Assembly: GCF_006345805.1 (NCBI RefSeq)
Contig: NC_043007.1
Coordinates: 72,292,001-72,356,000 of the forward strand
Origin: Octopus sinensis
Lineage: Eukaryota
Reading direction: 5' to 3'
Length of the DNA stretch: 64,000 nt
The position numbers were made by a program, and so were the translations under genes. The notes under the pieces were generated by a model. That model was not told where the DNA came from and searched no databases. It worked only from the letters and a program-made list of their open reading frames with translations. This document shows positions 46,501-61,500 of the stretch, piece after piece. Each line of letters begins with the position of its first letter. The first letter of the stretch is position 1.

Positions 46501-47198
46501 TGGTATTTTCCGAAAACAGATGATCAATACGTATGAAACACAATTCCTAGTCAATGAGGTTTTAAGTAAATCATAAATATTTATTTGAAGAGGACGTTTG
46601 CTATTTCAAGAGTTTTACCACTGTCGACAAGACTGAACACTCAGCAGGTCAACGATGAACTCATACCGTTTGCATGGATGAATTGGGCTATCTTGAGTAA
46701 ACTGTCTCAGTGACAATCGGAAGAAAATGACGGTGGAAGCATACGAACCACTAACCTCAATGTTGGTATCAGGCACTTTGATCTTTTCAGTATCTTCACA
46801 CTCATATGTATATGATATCGATATTATATACAGTTACATATATGACTTTCCTCGAATGCGGCGTCTGTAAAATGGCTTCAATCCTAAACGAAACTGAATC
46901 GCAAATTTACTATAAAAGTAGAAAAATTTTAGTTTCAAATTTTAGCACAAGGCCAGCAATTTCGAGGACAGGGTAAGTCGATTACATTGACCCCCCCAGC
47001 GCTCAACTGATAGTTGCTTTATCGACCCCGAAAGGATAAAAGGTAAAGTCTAACTCGGCGGAATTTAAACCCAGAACGTAAGGATGGACAAAATGCTGCT
47101 ATTTTGTAATGGCGCGGTAACGATTCTGCCAGCTCGTTAAGTAGGAATATATTACAAGTTAAGTAATAGAATCTTGCGCTAGCAACTCATGGATGTCT

Positions 47199-47232
<34 letters not shown>

Positions 47233-47268
47233 CTTCGTTACATACATATTTGCATGTATGTATATATG

Positions 47269-47329
<61 letters not shown>

Positions 47330-47334
47330 GGGTA

Positions 47335-47675
47335 AAGACCCCCTTCGGTCATGAGTGACCATGGGTTTGCACCTAGAGAGTTACCCTCTGAGGCACAAGT
47401 CTGGGCAAGGTTGTTTTTATGGAAGACCAGTAGTCGCCCATGCATACCGGCCTCCCCTCTCCACGCCACCAGTGTTATCCAAGGGAAAGACAAAGGCCGA
47501 TACAGCTTGGCACCTGTGACGTCGCAACTCATTTCTACAGCTGAGTGAACTGGAGCAACGTGAAAATAAAGCGTCTTGCTCAAGAACACAACACGCAGCC
47601 CGGTCCGGGATTCGAGCTCACAACCTCACGATCGTAAGCTCGACGCTCTAACCACTGAGCCATGCGCCTCCACAT
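47335..47675 (-). mobile_element. SINE family E, full length
   Basis: Reverse complement GGAGGCGCATGGCTCAGTGGTTAGAGCG..CTCGAATCCCGGACC; tail ..CCCATGGTCACTCATGACCGAAGGG. Confidence 0.88.
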
Positions 47676-48309
47676 ATATATATATATATATATATACATG
47701 TTTGCATGTATGTATGTATATATATTTATAAATGTAGATATGCATATACACACACAAATACACCTACTCAACGCCACCTCCCTTGCACACACACACGCGC
47801 GCGCGCGCGCGCATGAAAAATGAACTAAATGCCGGAACATGACTTGTCATTGTGAAAACCTATCCATAGACTTGATATGTTATTTGAGATCCGAAACTTT
47901 ATCATAAATTTGACAAGTATCTACTCAAGTTCAACCTTGTCGGATCGCTTTCTCCCTTTAGAGTCCGCTTTTATTATTCCACTTACAAACAACATTTTCA
48001 CATGGAATTCTACACGATCTGATATTCGAGGTATTTTTACCATTGAATCAAATCCAATATTTCCTCAAACCAAATCACGTTAATGCTTTTGTTTTCCTAT
48101 TTCTTTTTCCTGGGTTGTGTCTTGATTATTAGAGACTTTGTTTGTAAACCGCTCTGGTTCAGGCAAATAATAGCTCTCATATGCATGTATTTAACCCCTA
48201 TGCAAATTTCTGAAACTGTTTGAAATGGTCTTCACTGATAATGTATTTTTGGTGTTCAGTAAACTCATCGTCAACAATGTTTCAAGCATGTTTGAATGAC
48301 GTAAATATT

Positions 48310-49220
48310 GGTTTCAAATTTGGCACAAGGCCTGCAGTTTCCAGAGAGGGGTAAGTTGATTGCTTTGATCCCACCGTTCAACTGGTACTTATTTTATTAA
48401 CCCCGAAAGGCTGAAAGGCAAAGTCGAACCTCGGTGACATTTGAACTCAGAACGTAAAGACGGACGGAATGCCTATTTCTTAACTACCCACAAGGGGCTA
48501 AACACAGAGAGAACAAACAAGGACAGATAAACGGATTAAGTCGATTATATCGACCCCAGTGCGTAACTGATACTTAATTTATAGACCCCGAAAGGCTGAA
48601 AAGCAAAGTCGACCTCGGCGGAATTTGAACTCAGAACGTAACGGCAGACAAAATACGGCTACGCATTTCGCCCGGCGTGCTAACGTTTCTGCCAGCTCGC
48701 CGCCTTCATATGACATAAACAGTACGTATGTTACAGGCTGAATAAAGTAATATCGGTTTCAAATTTTAGCACAAGGCCAACAATTTCGGGAAAGAGTTTA
48801 AGTCAATTATATCGACCCCAGTGCTTTACAAGGCGGCGAGCTGGCAGAAACGTTAACACACCGGGCGAAATGCGTGGCCGTATTTCGTCTGCCGTTGCGT
48901 TCTGAGTTCAAATTCCGCCGAGGTCGACTTTGCCTTTCATCCTTTCGGGGTCGATAAATTAAGTACCTGTTGCACACTGGGATCGATGTAATCGGCTTAA
49001 TCCCTTTGTCCGTCCTTGCTTGTCCTCTCTGTGTTTAGCCCATTGTGGGTAGTAAAGAAATATATATCGACCCCAGTGCTTTACTGGTGTTTATTTTATC
49101 GACCCTAAAAGAGATGAAAGGCAAAGTCGACCTCAGCAGAATTTAAACTCAGAACGTAAAGACAGACGAAATGCTGCTAAGCATTTTGCACAGGACGGTA
49201 ACGACTTAGTCATTTCGCTG
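48310..49220. mobile_element. Nested SINE family B copies in both orientations
   Basis: Tail-1 copy 48830-49060 inserted in a minus-strand copy with TSD TATATCGACCCCAGTGCTTTAC; a further nested pair at 48310-48705. Confidence 0.85.
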
Positions 49221-50237
49221 CTTTAATAAATAAAATAATAAAAAAGATCTAAGAGTTCATGCTAGTTCGCCACTTTTGAATTCACTTTACTTGCATGTCA
49301 GTTGCTTGACCATAACCACTTAAGCATATTCCTTAGTGGCTGACAATATGTGCATCTCTGATCATGAGCAGGAGTAGTGGGGGAGCATTATAGCCACGTG
49401 TTGAGAAGGATTCTTTGCGGGTTTGTATAATTGTAAGAAAAGCAAAGTTTGAAGGAAATATTAACTATTTTTCATGCTTTCTAGGAGTAAGCAATAACAG
49501 TTGTCACCCAAGGACAAAAATCGTGTTACACAGTGTTATAATGTAATTTTGATTCCATTAGGTTCAAAGGTCTATTCATATTTTTCTGCTTAACCATACT
49601 ATACACAAATACTTTTGTTGGTATTATAGTGTATTTCTACAGAAATTTCCCGACGTTTATAACGAATATACGTTTTAATCTATTAGCCAATTGAATGAAC
49701 CACTTGGTCAAGATGAGGTTTCATAAATTAAATACGTATCTTTTCTGCAATCACACTGCTAGAGTAGATAAGGATTTATGTTTCAATAGCCAATCTAGAG
49801 TGCTTTTGCAGTCAAAGCACTATTCACTGTTTCGCTTTCTCCAAAGCAAACTCCGTAAATGGGTGCGTACAGTAATGAGAAAGAATATACGAGATTGGAA
49901 TAGCTGTGTATTATGTTAATATCAGTTTTTCCTTGCTAAACATGTCTGATATATTATTGATGTGAAATTTCGTTCGGTTCTTTATTTACAACTGCTTTGT
50001 GATGATATGTGTATTATTTTGTATTTTGCATTGTTGTTATTGCTGTTATTAATATTGTTGTTGTTGTTGTGGCCTTTGTCATTGTTATTTTATCTTGAAA
50101 CAACATCTAACAATGTGTACACTTTGTGATTGATGCGTTTTATCTGCCACATCATCGTTTCCATCATCTCGAAACAGGCTTTTAGGATGTTACAGTCAAT
50201 CTCTGAAAGTAATGTCTGATTTATTATATTTCTATAG

Positions 50238-50360
<123 letters not shown>

Positions 50361-50494
50361 CCTCTCTCTATCTATCTCTATCTCTCTCTGGTAGAAAGTA
50401 TGAGCTGTCAGAAAAAAACAACTTGCCGAATCTATTGGTCTGTTTGAAGGCAGATTACCCGTTACAGGAACTGTGTTGAGCATATCTATTTCTT

Positions 50495-50718
50495 TACTAC
50501 CCACAAGGGGCTAAACACAGAGGGGACAAACAAGGACAGACAAACGGATTAAGTCGATTATATCGACCCCAGTGCATAACTGGTACTTATTTTATCGCCC
50601 CCGAAAGGATGAAAGGCAAAGTCGACCTCGGCGGAATTTGAACTCAGAGCGTAACGGCAGACGAAATACTACTACGCATTTCGCCCGGCGTGCTAACGTT
50701 TCTGCCAGCTCGCCGCCC
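50495..50718 (-). mobile_element. SINE family B (tail type 1)
   Basis: Full length; TSD GTGTTGAGCATAT. Confidence 0.9.
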
Positions 50719-51531
50719 GTGTGTTGAGCATATACATCAATATACAGTGTTGAGCATATCATCAATATACTTAGCTAATTTTTGCTTATTCTGCCCAAGT
50801 TATAAACACGTATCATGCTGTAAAAGTTAGGGGCTGTGGTATAATTGTGAAAATTTTTCTTACTCTCAGTGTTGAGTTAATCCGGCACCCGGTTTAACAC
50901 TACCTCTTGGTTCATGTCTGCCTTGAGTCGATTCTATTCTATTGCAGGAATTCCTGCCAGATCCGATGATAACCTCCTCTGTTCCACTCACCAGATATGG
51001 AGACCTTGGAAGGGCGCTGCCCACTCTTAACCCGTTTGTATCATAAAAATGGTGACAAAAAGAATATCAGTTAGATCTGGATTAAGATAAAAGAATTCAC
51101 CGAGTAGACATGCATTAGCCAATTTTATCCTGAACGTGCATAAAGCGGAAAATTTGATGAAGCCGCCATTTCATGCAGCTATAAGTTACAAATTAACTTC
51201 AAAATCCATATCTTTTTTCTATGTAATTTTATGAACGGCATTTTATAAAATGTTCTTTTCATAGTTACCGAATTTATATGTAATGGGGGATTTTAATGTG
51301 AGTATTCAAAGAATAATTACCAAAATGCATAAAAGCAATAGAATATTGTGTTACACGCATAACATTCAAAGGAATTATATATTTCTTTTGTAGACTATAG
51401 CAAACACATGCACTGCGTGTATATATGTGTGTGTGTGCACGTGTGTATGAGTGTGTATTTGTGCACGTGAGTATGTGTGTATGTGTGCGTATGTATGTAT
51501 GTATGCATGTATGTATGTATGTATGTATGTA

Positions 51532-51576
<45 letters not shown>

Positions 51577-51736
51577 GCACACACTCATATACATATATAT
51601 CTACACACACACACATATATATATGCATACATACACTCGAATTTCAGTTTATTCAGCAAATTCCAGTAAATTGCAATAAAAATCTTGCGTGCTGATCTAC
51701 ATTACTTTCAAAAAAGCAAGTGCCGCTTCGTATAAA

Positions 51737-52190
51737 TTTAAAAATAGAAAAGCTCTTGGCACTGATGAGATTCCGACAAAAGTGCTCAAAAGATCGAGAA
51801 CAGGATGCTGGATCTTATTCGGAATCTTAGATGTAATTCGTGGGTAAAGGATAGAATTTTTCAAGATTACTAATGCGTTATTGAAGGTGTTCTACAGAGG
51901 GAAAAAAAAGTAGCAATGACGAATGCGATGATTTTCGAATAATTTCTCTTCTCAGTGGTGTAGGGAAAATATAAATAGAATTATTTTTGACAAGCCCGTT
52001 CAACAAGTTGGGGTACTTCTTCCAGAATCTGAATCATCTTTTTTCTGCTGGATGAGAAAACTATAGCATGATATTTCCAGCAGGGCAGTTTTAAGAAAAT
52101 ATATGATCAGGGACTTGAACTTTCTCATTGCTTCATTGATCATACATATAAATTTGATTCAGTAAATTGCGATGCATTATAGGAAATTTC
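51737..52190 (+). mobile_element. Degenerate RTE-clade LINE reverse-transcriptase fragment
   Basis: FKNRKALGTDEIPTKVLK (KAPGxDGIP), CDDFRIISLLSGVGKI (NYRGISLL), CFIDHTYKFDSVN (FIDLxKAFDSV). Many stops and frameshifts. Confidence 0.75.
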
Positions 52191-52288
52191 CAGAAATGTC
52201 TGTTGCTCAGATTAGTTTTAAAATATTGATAACTTTCTGCATAAAACCGGTATGGTTTTACATTTCAAACAGTTTAATTGTTAATCAC

Positions 52289-52345
<57 letters not shown>

Positions 52346-54399
52346 CATCTGATAAGAGACTTCTTTTAAGTTGATGATTGTCATCTCAGCTGGGCAAAAA
52401 TGAGTTGCACCTGTATTTCAAAGGGCCGGTCTTGTCCCTTTTGTGTCCCGCTGACTCTCCATGAGAACTATGTTAAGGGCACGCATGCCTGCGAAGTGCT
52501 CAGCTGCTTGCATGTTAATTTCACGAGCAGGTTGTTCCGTTGATCGGATCAACTGGAAACCTCGCTGTCGTGACCGACGGTGGGTCAATTAGTTATTTCC
52601 TTCATTTGATAGAAATTGAATGACACAATGAACCCTGAAGTCTAAAGATAAGACCAGACATAATTCTTTGTCTCGAATCAATACGCTTCTTGTTATCATT
52701 TTGCCATCAGATAAACAATCATCCTAAGAGTGGTTATTACAGACCAGCACCTATTATAAGTAAGTGATTGCGTTCTAGTTAGTTCATCTTCCAAGCAGGC
52801 TATTACAGTTTTTATATAACCTCTTTCCATTTTCCCAAATAACGTTTGCTCTTTACAAATGGGATAACTAAAAAAGTAATTTATGATCTATAGGGATCAG
52901 GACAAAGACTCTTTACCTTGTAGTCAATAGGGAGAAGCAGGGAAGCTTGATTTGAATGCTACTAGCAAAGAGAAAGAACTATTATTACCAGTCTCTTCAG
53001 TTGTGTCTTTTAATCAAAAGCAAAGCTACTTGCCTGAAAAACACCGTTGCTCAGCAAGCAACACCATAAATCTTATATGGGGGTTGAACGTAAAAACAAA
53101 ATAATATTTGTAAGAGGGTGGACTTGTAAGAGTGAACTGTAGGAGTAATACACTATCGTTTATGGCTAGACTACAGTTTCTGACATGAATAAGGCTTGAG
53201 TTTCTTAGATAACAAAAATCATTATTAGAAATGTGTCTGGTATAAGGACTGAGTATTCCAACAGTTAGGATATATTTGTGAGTTGGAAAAACGAAATATC
53301 GAAAATAATTATTGTTTGAGAACATAAAAAGAGATCAAAGAATTATTTTATTTTCAAATGTTAGTTCAGGGTCTTTGGTCACATTTTATAAAAAGTTTGA
53401 CGCTCGTAAGTCAGAATGTGGGTGCAATATTTTTGTGGATTAAGAATTGGACAGAGAAACTGTCATCACAATGAAAATTTATACGACGATGGCTTTATAA
53501 TTCCAAGAAGGGAATCAAGTATATATTTCCTCTTTCTTTTTGGTTTGTTGACTTCGAGTAGACATAACAAAAACCTCCATTTCTATTGTATATCTATGCA
53601 CTGGTTTACCTTCTTGCACTTATATGTTAACAACCTGCTTACTCTTCTCGTGTCCCCCAACAATTTACATTGCTGTATGCTATTTCGTTTTATGATGTCT
53701 CGAACTGTGATAAAAGTACATTTTCACTGCTTCTCTTCGATACTATTTTTATGCACAAGAATTACATTTTAAGTTTTTGCATAAGTATACATTGAGAAAC
53801 CAAACATATCTGTGGAAATACTGATTCAAGTCACAGTGTCACCAATCTTTAGATATATCACACGCTAATAGAAAGAGACTGCGACAAATATTAAGTTAGA
53901 AGTGGATAGTTTTAAGAATTTAGCAGGCAGACTTTGGTTCTATCGGCATTCATCACAGTTTTCATTTAGATAAATCCTAAATCATATGAAAATATTGCTT
54001 CTTTGTGATTCTGTTGCAGATCTAGAAGCAGGTTAATAACTTCATTTGGATAAAAGAAAAAAAAAGACGTATAATTAACCATAAATTTGTTTGTAGTTGT
54101 TTAATATAAAAGTAGAGATGAAGGTGAGTTGTTGCTCAAACTCAGATTACTTAAACTTTTAAATTTAGTCTTTTTTTCAATTCGGCTGCCATTCACACAT
54201 TTTTCTGTCAAATTCCCCCAAATCACAGCCTATCGTTTTAAGTAAAGAAAGAACATAGAGGACCATATAAATGTACACATGTCTGAAGAGATGGGGCTCT
54301 TTTTGATTATAGCTTTACTTAACCAAAATAGACCCGGGGTTAAACAACAACAACATCAACAACAAAAACAACAACAATTACAGCGGCAGCAGCAACAAC

Positions 54400-54790
54400 A
54401 GGAGGCGCAATGGCCCAGTGGTTAGGGCAGCGGACTCGCGATCGGAGGATCGCGGTTTCGATTCCCAGACCGGGCGTTGTGTGTGTTTATTGAGCGAAAA
54501 CATCTAAAGCTGCACGAGGCTCCGGCAGGGGGTGGTGGTGACCCCTGTTGTACTCTTTCGCTCCGGCTTTCTCTCACTCTTTCTTCCTGTTTCTAGTCCC
54601 CGTCTTCCTACGCAACCGCTGTGCCTGGGTGCGCATTCATCCATCCGTCGATGCTCTCGGTGTCGGGGGTTGACCTACTTTCTCTTCTGCGGGTCTTACG
54701 AATAGCAAAGGACCACGTTTCGGACTTCTCCCACTACACTCTGGGACGAAGACCGCTTAGCTCAACAAACAAACAAACAAACAAGCAGCA
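54400..54790 (+). mobile_element. SINE with family C head and an alternative 3' half ending in (AAAC)n
   Basis: First 190 bp or so match the reverse complement of the 13075-13405 head region; the sequence diverges after CTTCCTGTTTCT. Confidence 0.7.
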
Positions 54791-55279
54791 ACAACAAGAG
54801 CAACAACATTATTCCGTGAGAGCATCTATCATATCATTCAGCTTACTAGAAATAAAACATAAACTCTTGCACAACACCTTATGGTCTTAAGTACGAAGGG
54901 TCGTTCTACCCAGCTACTTGGTCTGGTGCATTAGATTGAGAAGTCGTGACATCACAGTTGTCTCCTCATCCAAACGCCTCAGCAGCATTGATGTGTCACA
55001 CGACCTTCAACAAAAGAGAGGCACAGTGGCTGCACCTGGTTTTTTTCATTAGCTTAGACTCTTGTTACGGTCAATGTGTTGTGACCTTAGATAAAGCAAT
55101 ATCATTCTAATTGTAATAGCCCAACCCTATTGGAAAATAAGTAGCCCTTCTACTAACTTTTATTGTTTTAGAAATGAAAAAAAGTAAAGGGGTTTTCCTT
55201 TAGCTCACTGGTTCACCTTCCTCCTTAAGGCATGAGAAATAACTGAGAGAAACCCAAGATTTAAAATATTCACTATCTT

Positions 55280-55510
55280 ATTTCTTTATTGCCCACAAGG
55301 GGCTAAAATTAGAGGGGACAAACAAGGACAGACGAAGGGATTAAGTCGATTACATCGACCCCAGGGCGTAACTGGCACTTAATTTATCGACCCTGAAAGG
55401 ATGAAAGGCAAAGTCAACCTCGGCGGAATTTGAACTCAGAACGTACCGGCAGACGAAATCCCACTAAGCATTTCGCCCAGCGTGCTAACGATTCTGCCAG
55501 CTCGCCGCCA
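55280..55510 (-). mobile_element. SINE family B (tail type 1)
   Basis: Full length; TSD ATATTCACTAT. Confidence 0.88.
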
Positions 55511-58329
55511 TATATTCACTATTTTAAAAGTAAAGGACACACCAGATGCGGTTGTCCACGATACACTATTTCAGAGAAGAAAAGACAGAGTAATTATGAT
55601 AAGAATGCTTTTGATGGTAGGTATACCCTATTAATGCCCATTTCAATCTTAACAACTCAACTGCTTAAGATTCAGCTCTCAGCGTAGAAATAATACTGAA
55701 ACTGTAATTTCTGATCTAAAGCTCAGTTTTATAGCGATTTTTTTTTCTTTTGAGTGAAAATATTTTCCTCAAACGCTCTTTTATTTGTTTTAGTCATTTG
55801 ACTGCGGACATGCTCGGGCATTACCTTGAAGGATTTAAGCAAACAAATCAGTCCAAGGACTTATTTTTTAATGTCTTTTTGGCCGAACTGCCAAATTATG
55901 AGGACGTAAAAAAAGCAACACCGGTCGTCAGTCGTTAGAGAGAACATACATGAATACACGCACGCACGCACACTATGTGGAAGCCAGTCATGTATATATA
56001 TATATAATCAAAATAAGCAACAAGAATGACTCTGGTAATTTTGTACGATCATTTCGTACTACATCATTTTATTAAATGTTGTAAGTATTACAACAGATTT
56101 AAAATGCTGAGTACTCATCAGCCAATTATAGAGGTTTTCCATTAATACAAAAATGTTCAAATCAAGTGGCAACATTATAGAGAAGGTAGATATATAGACA
56201 AAGATGAGGACTTAAATTTTAAGAACATATGAGGTAGTGGAGTCCCTCCACTGACTGACTAAGATTTGGCTGTTCCAGACTGCAACATATATATATATAT
56301 ATGTACGACGGGTTTCCACAGTTTCCACCTACCAAATTCACTCACAAAGCATTGGTCTGCTCGGGGCTATTGTAGAAGAGACTTACCTAAGGTGTTGCGC
56401 AGTAGAAATGAACCGGAAACCACGTGATTGCAAAGCGAGCATATAAACCACCCACCCATGCCTGCATCCATGTTCCTAAAAATGGAAATCGACATTTTAG
56501 GAATAAGCCAACAAGGATCAATTTTTCTTTAGTAAGGGTTCTGAAATTAATCAATTTCCGAACCTAGACTATTTTCCCCGCCATGATGCCTTAAAAAAAA
56601 AAAACTATTCATCGTCCCTTATTAACCTGCAAGCTGTCAAATTTCTGCCACATGCCCATATGCCTATAAATTAAAGTTTCACTCAACACTTAGCTTCTAT
56701 AAGAGCCGTGTGTCTATAAATGCACAAACTCTCGACCAACTGGTTTGTTTTCTACTATTGAACCCAAACGGCTACAAACTAGATTCTGACTCGTATGCAC
56801 TACAATTTACGAAATAACATCCAGTTGTTTCAGTTTATAGATAAGGATTTAGGAAAATTTAATTGAATTTTTAGTAGCAAAATACATTGCTTACGTTTTA
56901 ACTCTTTAGTTGAGACGGTTTTTATCTATGATTCTAATCTCGAGATCTCGCTTCCCGCGATTTTATTCCTTTTGTTTTTGTACTTTTAATACACTCTTCC
57001 ATTTAATGTCCCTTAGTTCTCAAGTAATGGATGGATTCTCATTATGTTTTAATATTGTTTATCACAACTTCGTGGCAAATAACATGCGTCGTACGTGAAT
57101 TTCCTGCACTATTCTCGTTGCTGCTGTTTAATTTTCTATTCAAGATTAATATAAACAGTCTGAAGTATTCCTCTTAACCGCTTCTCCCACTGCTTTTAAC
57201 TGGAGTTGATTACTCACGACCAAGTCGATATCTTTTGGAGATTTATCGCCGCCGTTACTACTTCCAACGACTGTGCTGTCGTAAATGATATAATTAATTT
57301 TATAAAAACCCTTAGATGAATACGTTTAACGATAACGCTTACCTATAGTACAAACAGTACAAAAGACTTCCAGTTGTTTTCAAAATCTATTATTCTTTGT
57401 TTTAAATGCCGTTCAAACTTCACAAGATCCTTTTTTATTCAGAGACAATATTTGTCAGTCGTATTTTATAGGCTTGTATGTAGTTTTCTGTCTCATTTAA
57501 TTCCTGTAATATTTCTAGACAAGTACTTTTTGGTTTCAAGAGGACTAAAGTCGTTATTAATGACTTTATGTGTATGCGAAGGGAACAAAAACATAGATTA
57601 TGATGTTGTCAGTGAAGTTTTTGTTTAAATGTGACAAGGACTTCACAAGTCTTCTTACACTAATAATTTTGAATAACTGCCGCTCATAAATCGTTTTTCT
57701 TTATAAAGAAATAAGTGCTAGCTCAAAAGGGCACAACAATAACTGACCAAGAAAAGCAACTAAAAGCGAAAGAGATATCTTGAAATAGTTGCTTCCGTTA
57801 ATTTTATGAAAATAAACTATAAAAACTGAGGTGAATGTTCCTTCACTGTTTTTCTACATTCATGGGGACAGCCCTTTTTTTGGCGTGTGCTTGGCCCATG
57901 ACTACAAGCTACTGACAACGACTAACAAGACAGAAATGCGAATGTAGTATTCTCGCTGGCTGCTGATTGGCTGATTTTCGTCTGCCTCTGATATATATTA
58001 TGTTTTAAACACAGCACGTCCATACGCGATACTATCTCCAGACGAATATCGTATTATATTTGCTTTACGTGCTGTCTCTACATTAATTATAATACACAGG
58101 ATAGCTCATTTGCATAATATTTCTGTTTAGTGTTCAGAAAAGTAGGACTGAATTGTAAAAACAGCTGTTCAGATATACAAGAGGAATACAGCAGTAAATA
58201 GATTTTTTAAAAATTAGCATGGTTGTAAGCGGAAGTGAATTCTTTTACCAATGTATCATGTCTTCTAACAAGACTTAGTTCAGGCACCAACAGTTTGAAA
58301 TCTTGAGTCATATTACATATTTCTTTTGG

Positions 58330-58570
58330 AATTGCGTTTAACTGATTCGTTAGCTATTCCAACCAAGATTCGATCACAAAATAATCCTCTCGTTATTCTA
58401 ATTTCCTCAAGTTAGTTTTAAGGATCACAATTTTAACTTTTATGACGATATAAATACTCACTACTATGAATGTGTAGAATCTGCATGTTATTGCTGAAGC
58501 TACAATTTTTTGAATAATTTTTTTTTGAAGCTACAATTCTTTTGAAGCAATAATTTTGTTTTGAATCTTT
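58330..58570 (-). mobile_element. Possible highly decayed Gypsy-type gag fragment
   Basis: ICDRILVGIANESVK resembles the IRDRIVVGI gag motif; upstream frames are broken by stops. Confidence 0.35.
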
Positions 58571-61500
58571 GCATAAAACAATCGCATTTAGCGTTATATA
58601 TATATATATATATGTATGTATGTGTGTGTCTGTATGTATATCTATATGTATATATATATACATATGCGTGTATATGTATGTCTATATATGTGTGTGTGTC
58701 TGTATGTATAAGCGTGTGTGTATATATATGTGTATGTGTGTGTATGTGTGTGTGTCTGTATGTATATCTATATGTATATATATACATATGCGTGTATATG
58801 TATGTCTATATATGTGTGTGTGTCTGTATGTATAAGCGTGTGTGTATATATATGTGTATGTGTGTGTATGTGTGTGTGCGTGTGTGCGTGATTGTGTAAG
58901 TGTTTGTGTGTGCGTACGTGTGTATACATATACACACGCACATGCATGCATATAATGTTGTGAACATTTATTTTAAATGCAAGAACGTGAAAGACATTCG
59001 CAGCGGAAATATATTTCGGAGAAAAGCACGTCGTGCTGAGCTCCAAGTGATAACAGCAGACTACCAGATACAACATTTCAGCATGATTTCGCCCCTTCAG
59101 TAGCAAATGCCGCTTCGGTCATTTGGAGTAAGCCGGAATGCTGGTGTATGCTGAGGAGAATTAATCTAGTACAAGCACAACAATCAGTAGGCGTCAATAC
59201 AAAGATGTGTGCATGTAAAAACATTTGCTGCGAATTTTATCTTGCAGATGAAATTCTTATTGAACCGAATTCCAACTAACGTCGGCAGAATATCAGACAC
59301 GGTATTTCGGTATGACATCGCACCTTCATTCTCGATGTATTTTTTTCATACAAAGCCTCCAGTTTCAGGTGAAACAGTTTCGTCTAATCCCCAATGGCTT
59401 AGAAAACGTAAGACTCTCTGCTAATCAATACCAGATAAGTTAAGCTAGGATATTACATATTGTTCTCTCATTTTACGGCTATTGGTTGGTAGACTTGACT
59501 TTATCAATCAATCCGCTTGGTGGTGTGTTTATGTCCCCGTTCCTTTATCAATCAATCCGATGCTGGTGTGTTTATGTCCCCGTTCCTTAGCGGTTCGGCA
59601 AAAGAGACCGATAGAATAAGTACTGGGCTTACAAAAGAACAAGTCCCGGGGTCGAGTTGCTCGATTAAAGGCGGTGCTCCAGTATGGCCGCAGTCAAATG
59701 ACTGAAACAAGTAAAAGAGTAAAGAGAGAGAGAGAGAGAACTGGTAGAAATGGTTGAGCATTCAACGAAATGACTTGCAGCATTCAATCATGCCAAGATA
59801 GGATTTATCTTTCATTCTAACGAGTTCTCGATATATAAAAAGAGTAACACCCAATTGTGGTTTCCTGTCTCTGTTAGAAATTAATAATCAATGGTAACTA
59901 TGGATAGACAGAATCGGTAAGGTGTCTGTTAAAATGATTTGCGGTATTTCGTTATGAGTTCAAATTCCGTCGCAATTTATTTTACTTTCCATCCTTGTGG
60001 AAGTCGATAATCAAATATCTGTCATGCATCGTAAGCAATATATTGATGGAATTGACTGAAGCAGTTTTTCGAAATTTTAATATTTAACAAGTGCCAATGT
60101 TAGTTCTTTTATCTATTTAGGTATTTATTTTGTTCTACACTATGTTGTATAATTTTATTACTTCAGAATTTTTGCATTAAATGCTTATGGTTGTCGGTGT
60201 ATTTCTTTCTGCCAAATATTTCACAATTCTATGATAGATTGTGTTTATATATTTACATTCCAACTTTTCTCAATTACATTTCCATGGAGGTTCAAGTACG
60301 TATGTATCTATGTTTTACTTATTTTTTTCATTATTTTGGTTTATTTGCCCAATCATTTATTTATTTATTTGTTTATTCACTTTCAACATATTTAAATAAT
60401 TATATAGTTTGGTTAGTAGCAGCACCACATTCTCTGGGGTTGAATTACAAAGATGGTAATCTAGATAAACTATCATTACATAAAAACTGATAATCTTTTA
60501 CACTCGAAAAGCTATCATTTATTTACGTAAAGTGAATGACACTTTGATCAAATTTCGATAAGGCCTTCATCAGTATTATTCATCAGTATTATTCACTTTG
60601 ATACACAACCACACATATACCCTTCCCCGCTCTCATACACCATAAGCTGTTTTATCAGTGCCATGTGGAAACTCAAGCTATAAAATCCTCATTTCTTCGG
60701 CTGAATTGTCAACCTTGGACGTTTGAGTAGGTAGAATTAACAACTTTGAGATCGTCAGACAATGAAAAGCAATGTATTTTAATCATAGCAGTCTGATGTT
60801 TTCTGCAATTTCTCTGGCTGTTTATTTACTTCTTTATTACTTATAGATTTAATTAGTTACATAATATCACACACAGAGATTAGATATGAAAGTAGGTATG
60901 GCGTATCCCGCTGAGCAAGAAGTAATCCGACAAGCTGAGTTCGTGATGTGATTTCGTTTCCTATTTGAAACCATTTGAGTTGCACAAACCACAAAATATT
61001 TTTTGAGAGAGGCAGGAATATTAACCAGTCTCAAACCGTCTCCTAGAATTTGCTCATTTGTGCGCCTGTGTATGTACGTATATATTTACATATGCATATG
61101 TGCATGTATAAATGTCAGCGCGCGCGCATTTATGTATGTATGTGTGTGCGTGTGTGCGTATATATATAAATATATGTACGCACTCACCCACACACATACG
61201 CATACATATTCATACATGCATAAGTTATCGCTTTTCCTATCTGCGATTATCTTGATATGGAATGTAAGTTATGTTACTTTAAACGTTTCAAGGTTTGAAA
61301 CACTATGTCGTGTCAAACATCACTTCCGGTTTCATCTCAGAGAAAGCATATGAGATTTGTAAACACTTATTTGATCGACGCACCTCTTCCAGTGGAAACA
61401 TATCCAGTCTAATTGAAAGTTTTCGCCAGAAGAATTATATATTAAATATAATATTCGCCCTAACGGGTAGTTAATATAAGTTATAAAAGAATCCGGTTTA

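Noticed and set aside
53480-53720. Possible hAT transposase C-terminal remnant (VNKPKRKRKYILDSLLGIIK, minus strand)
   Set aside because: Similarity too weak and interrupted to support a call.
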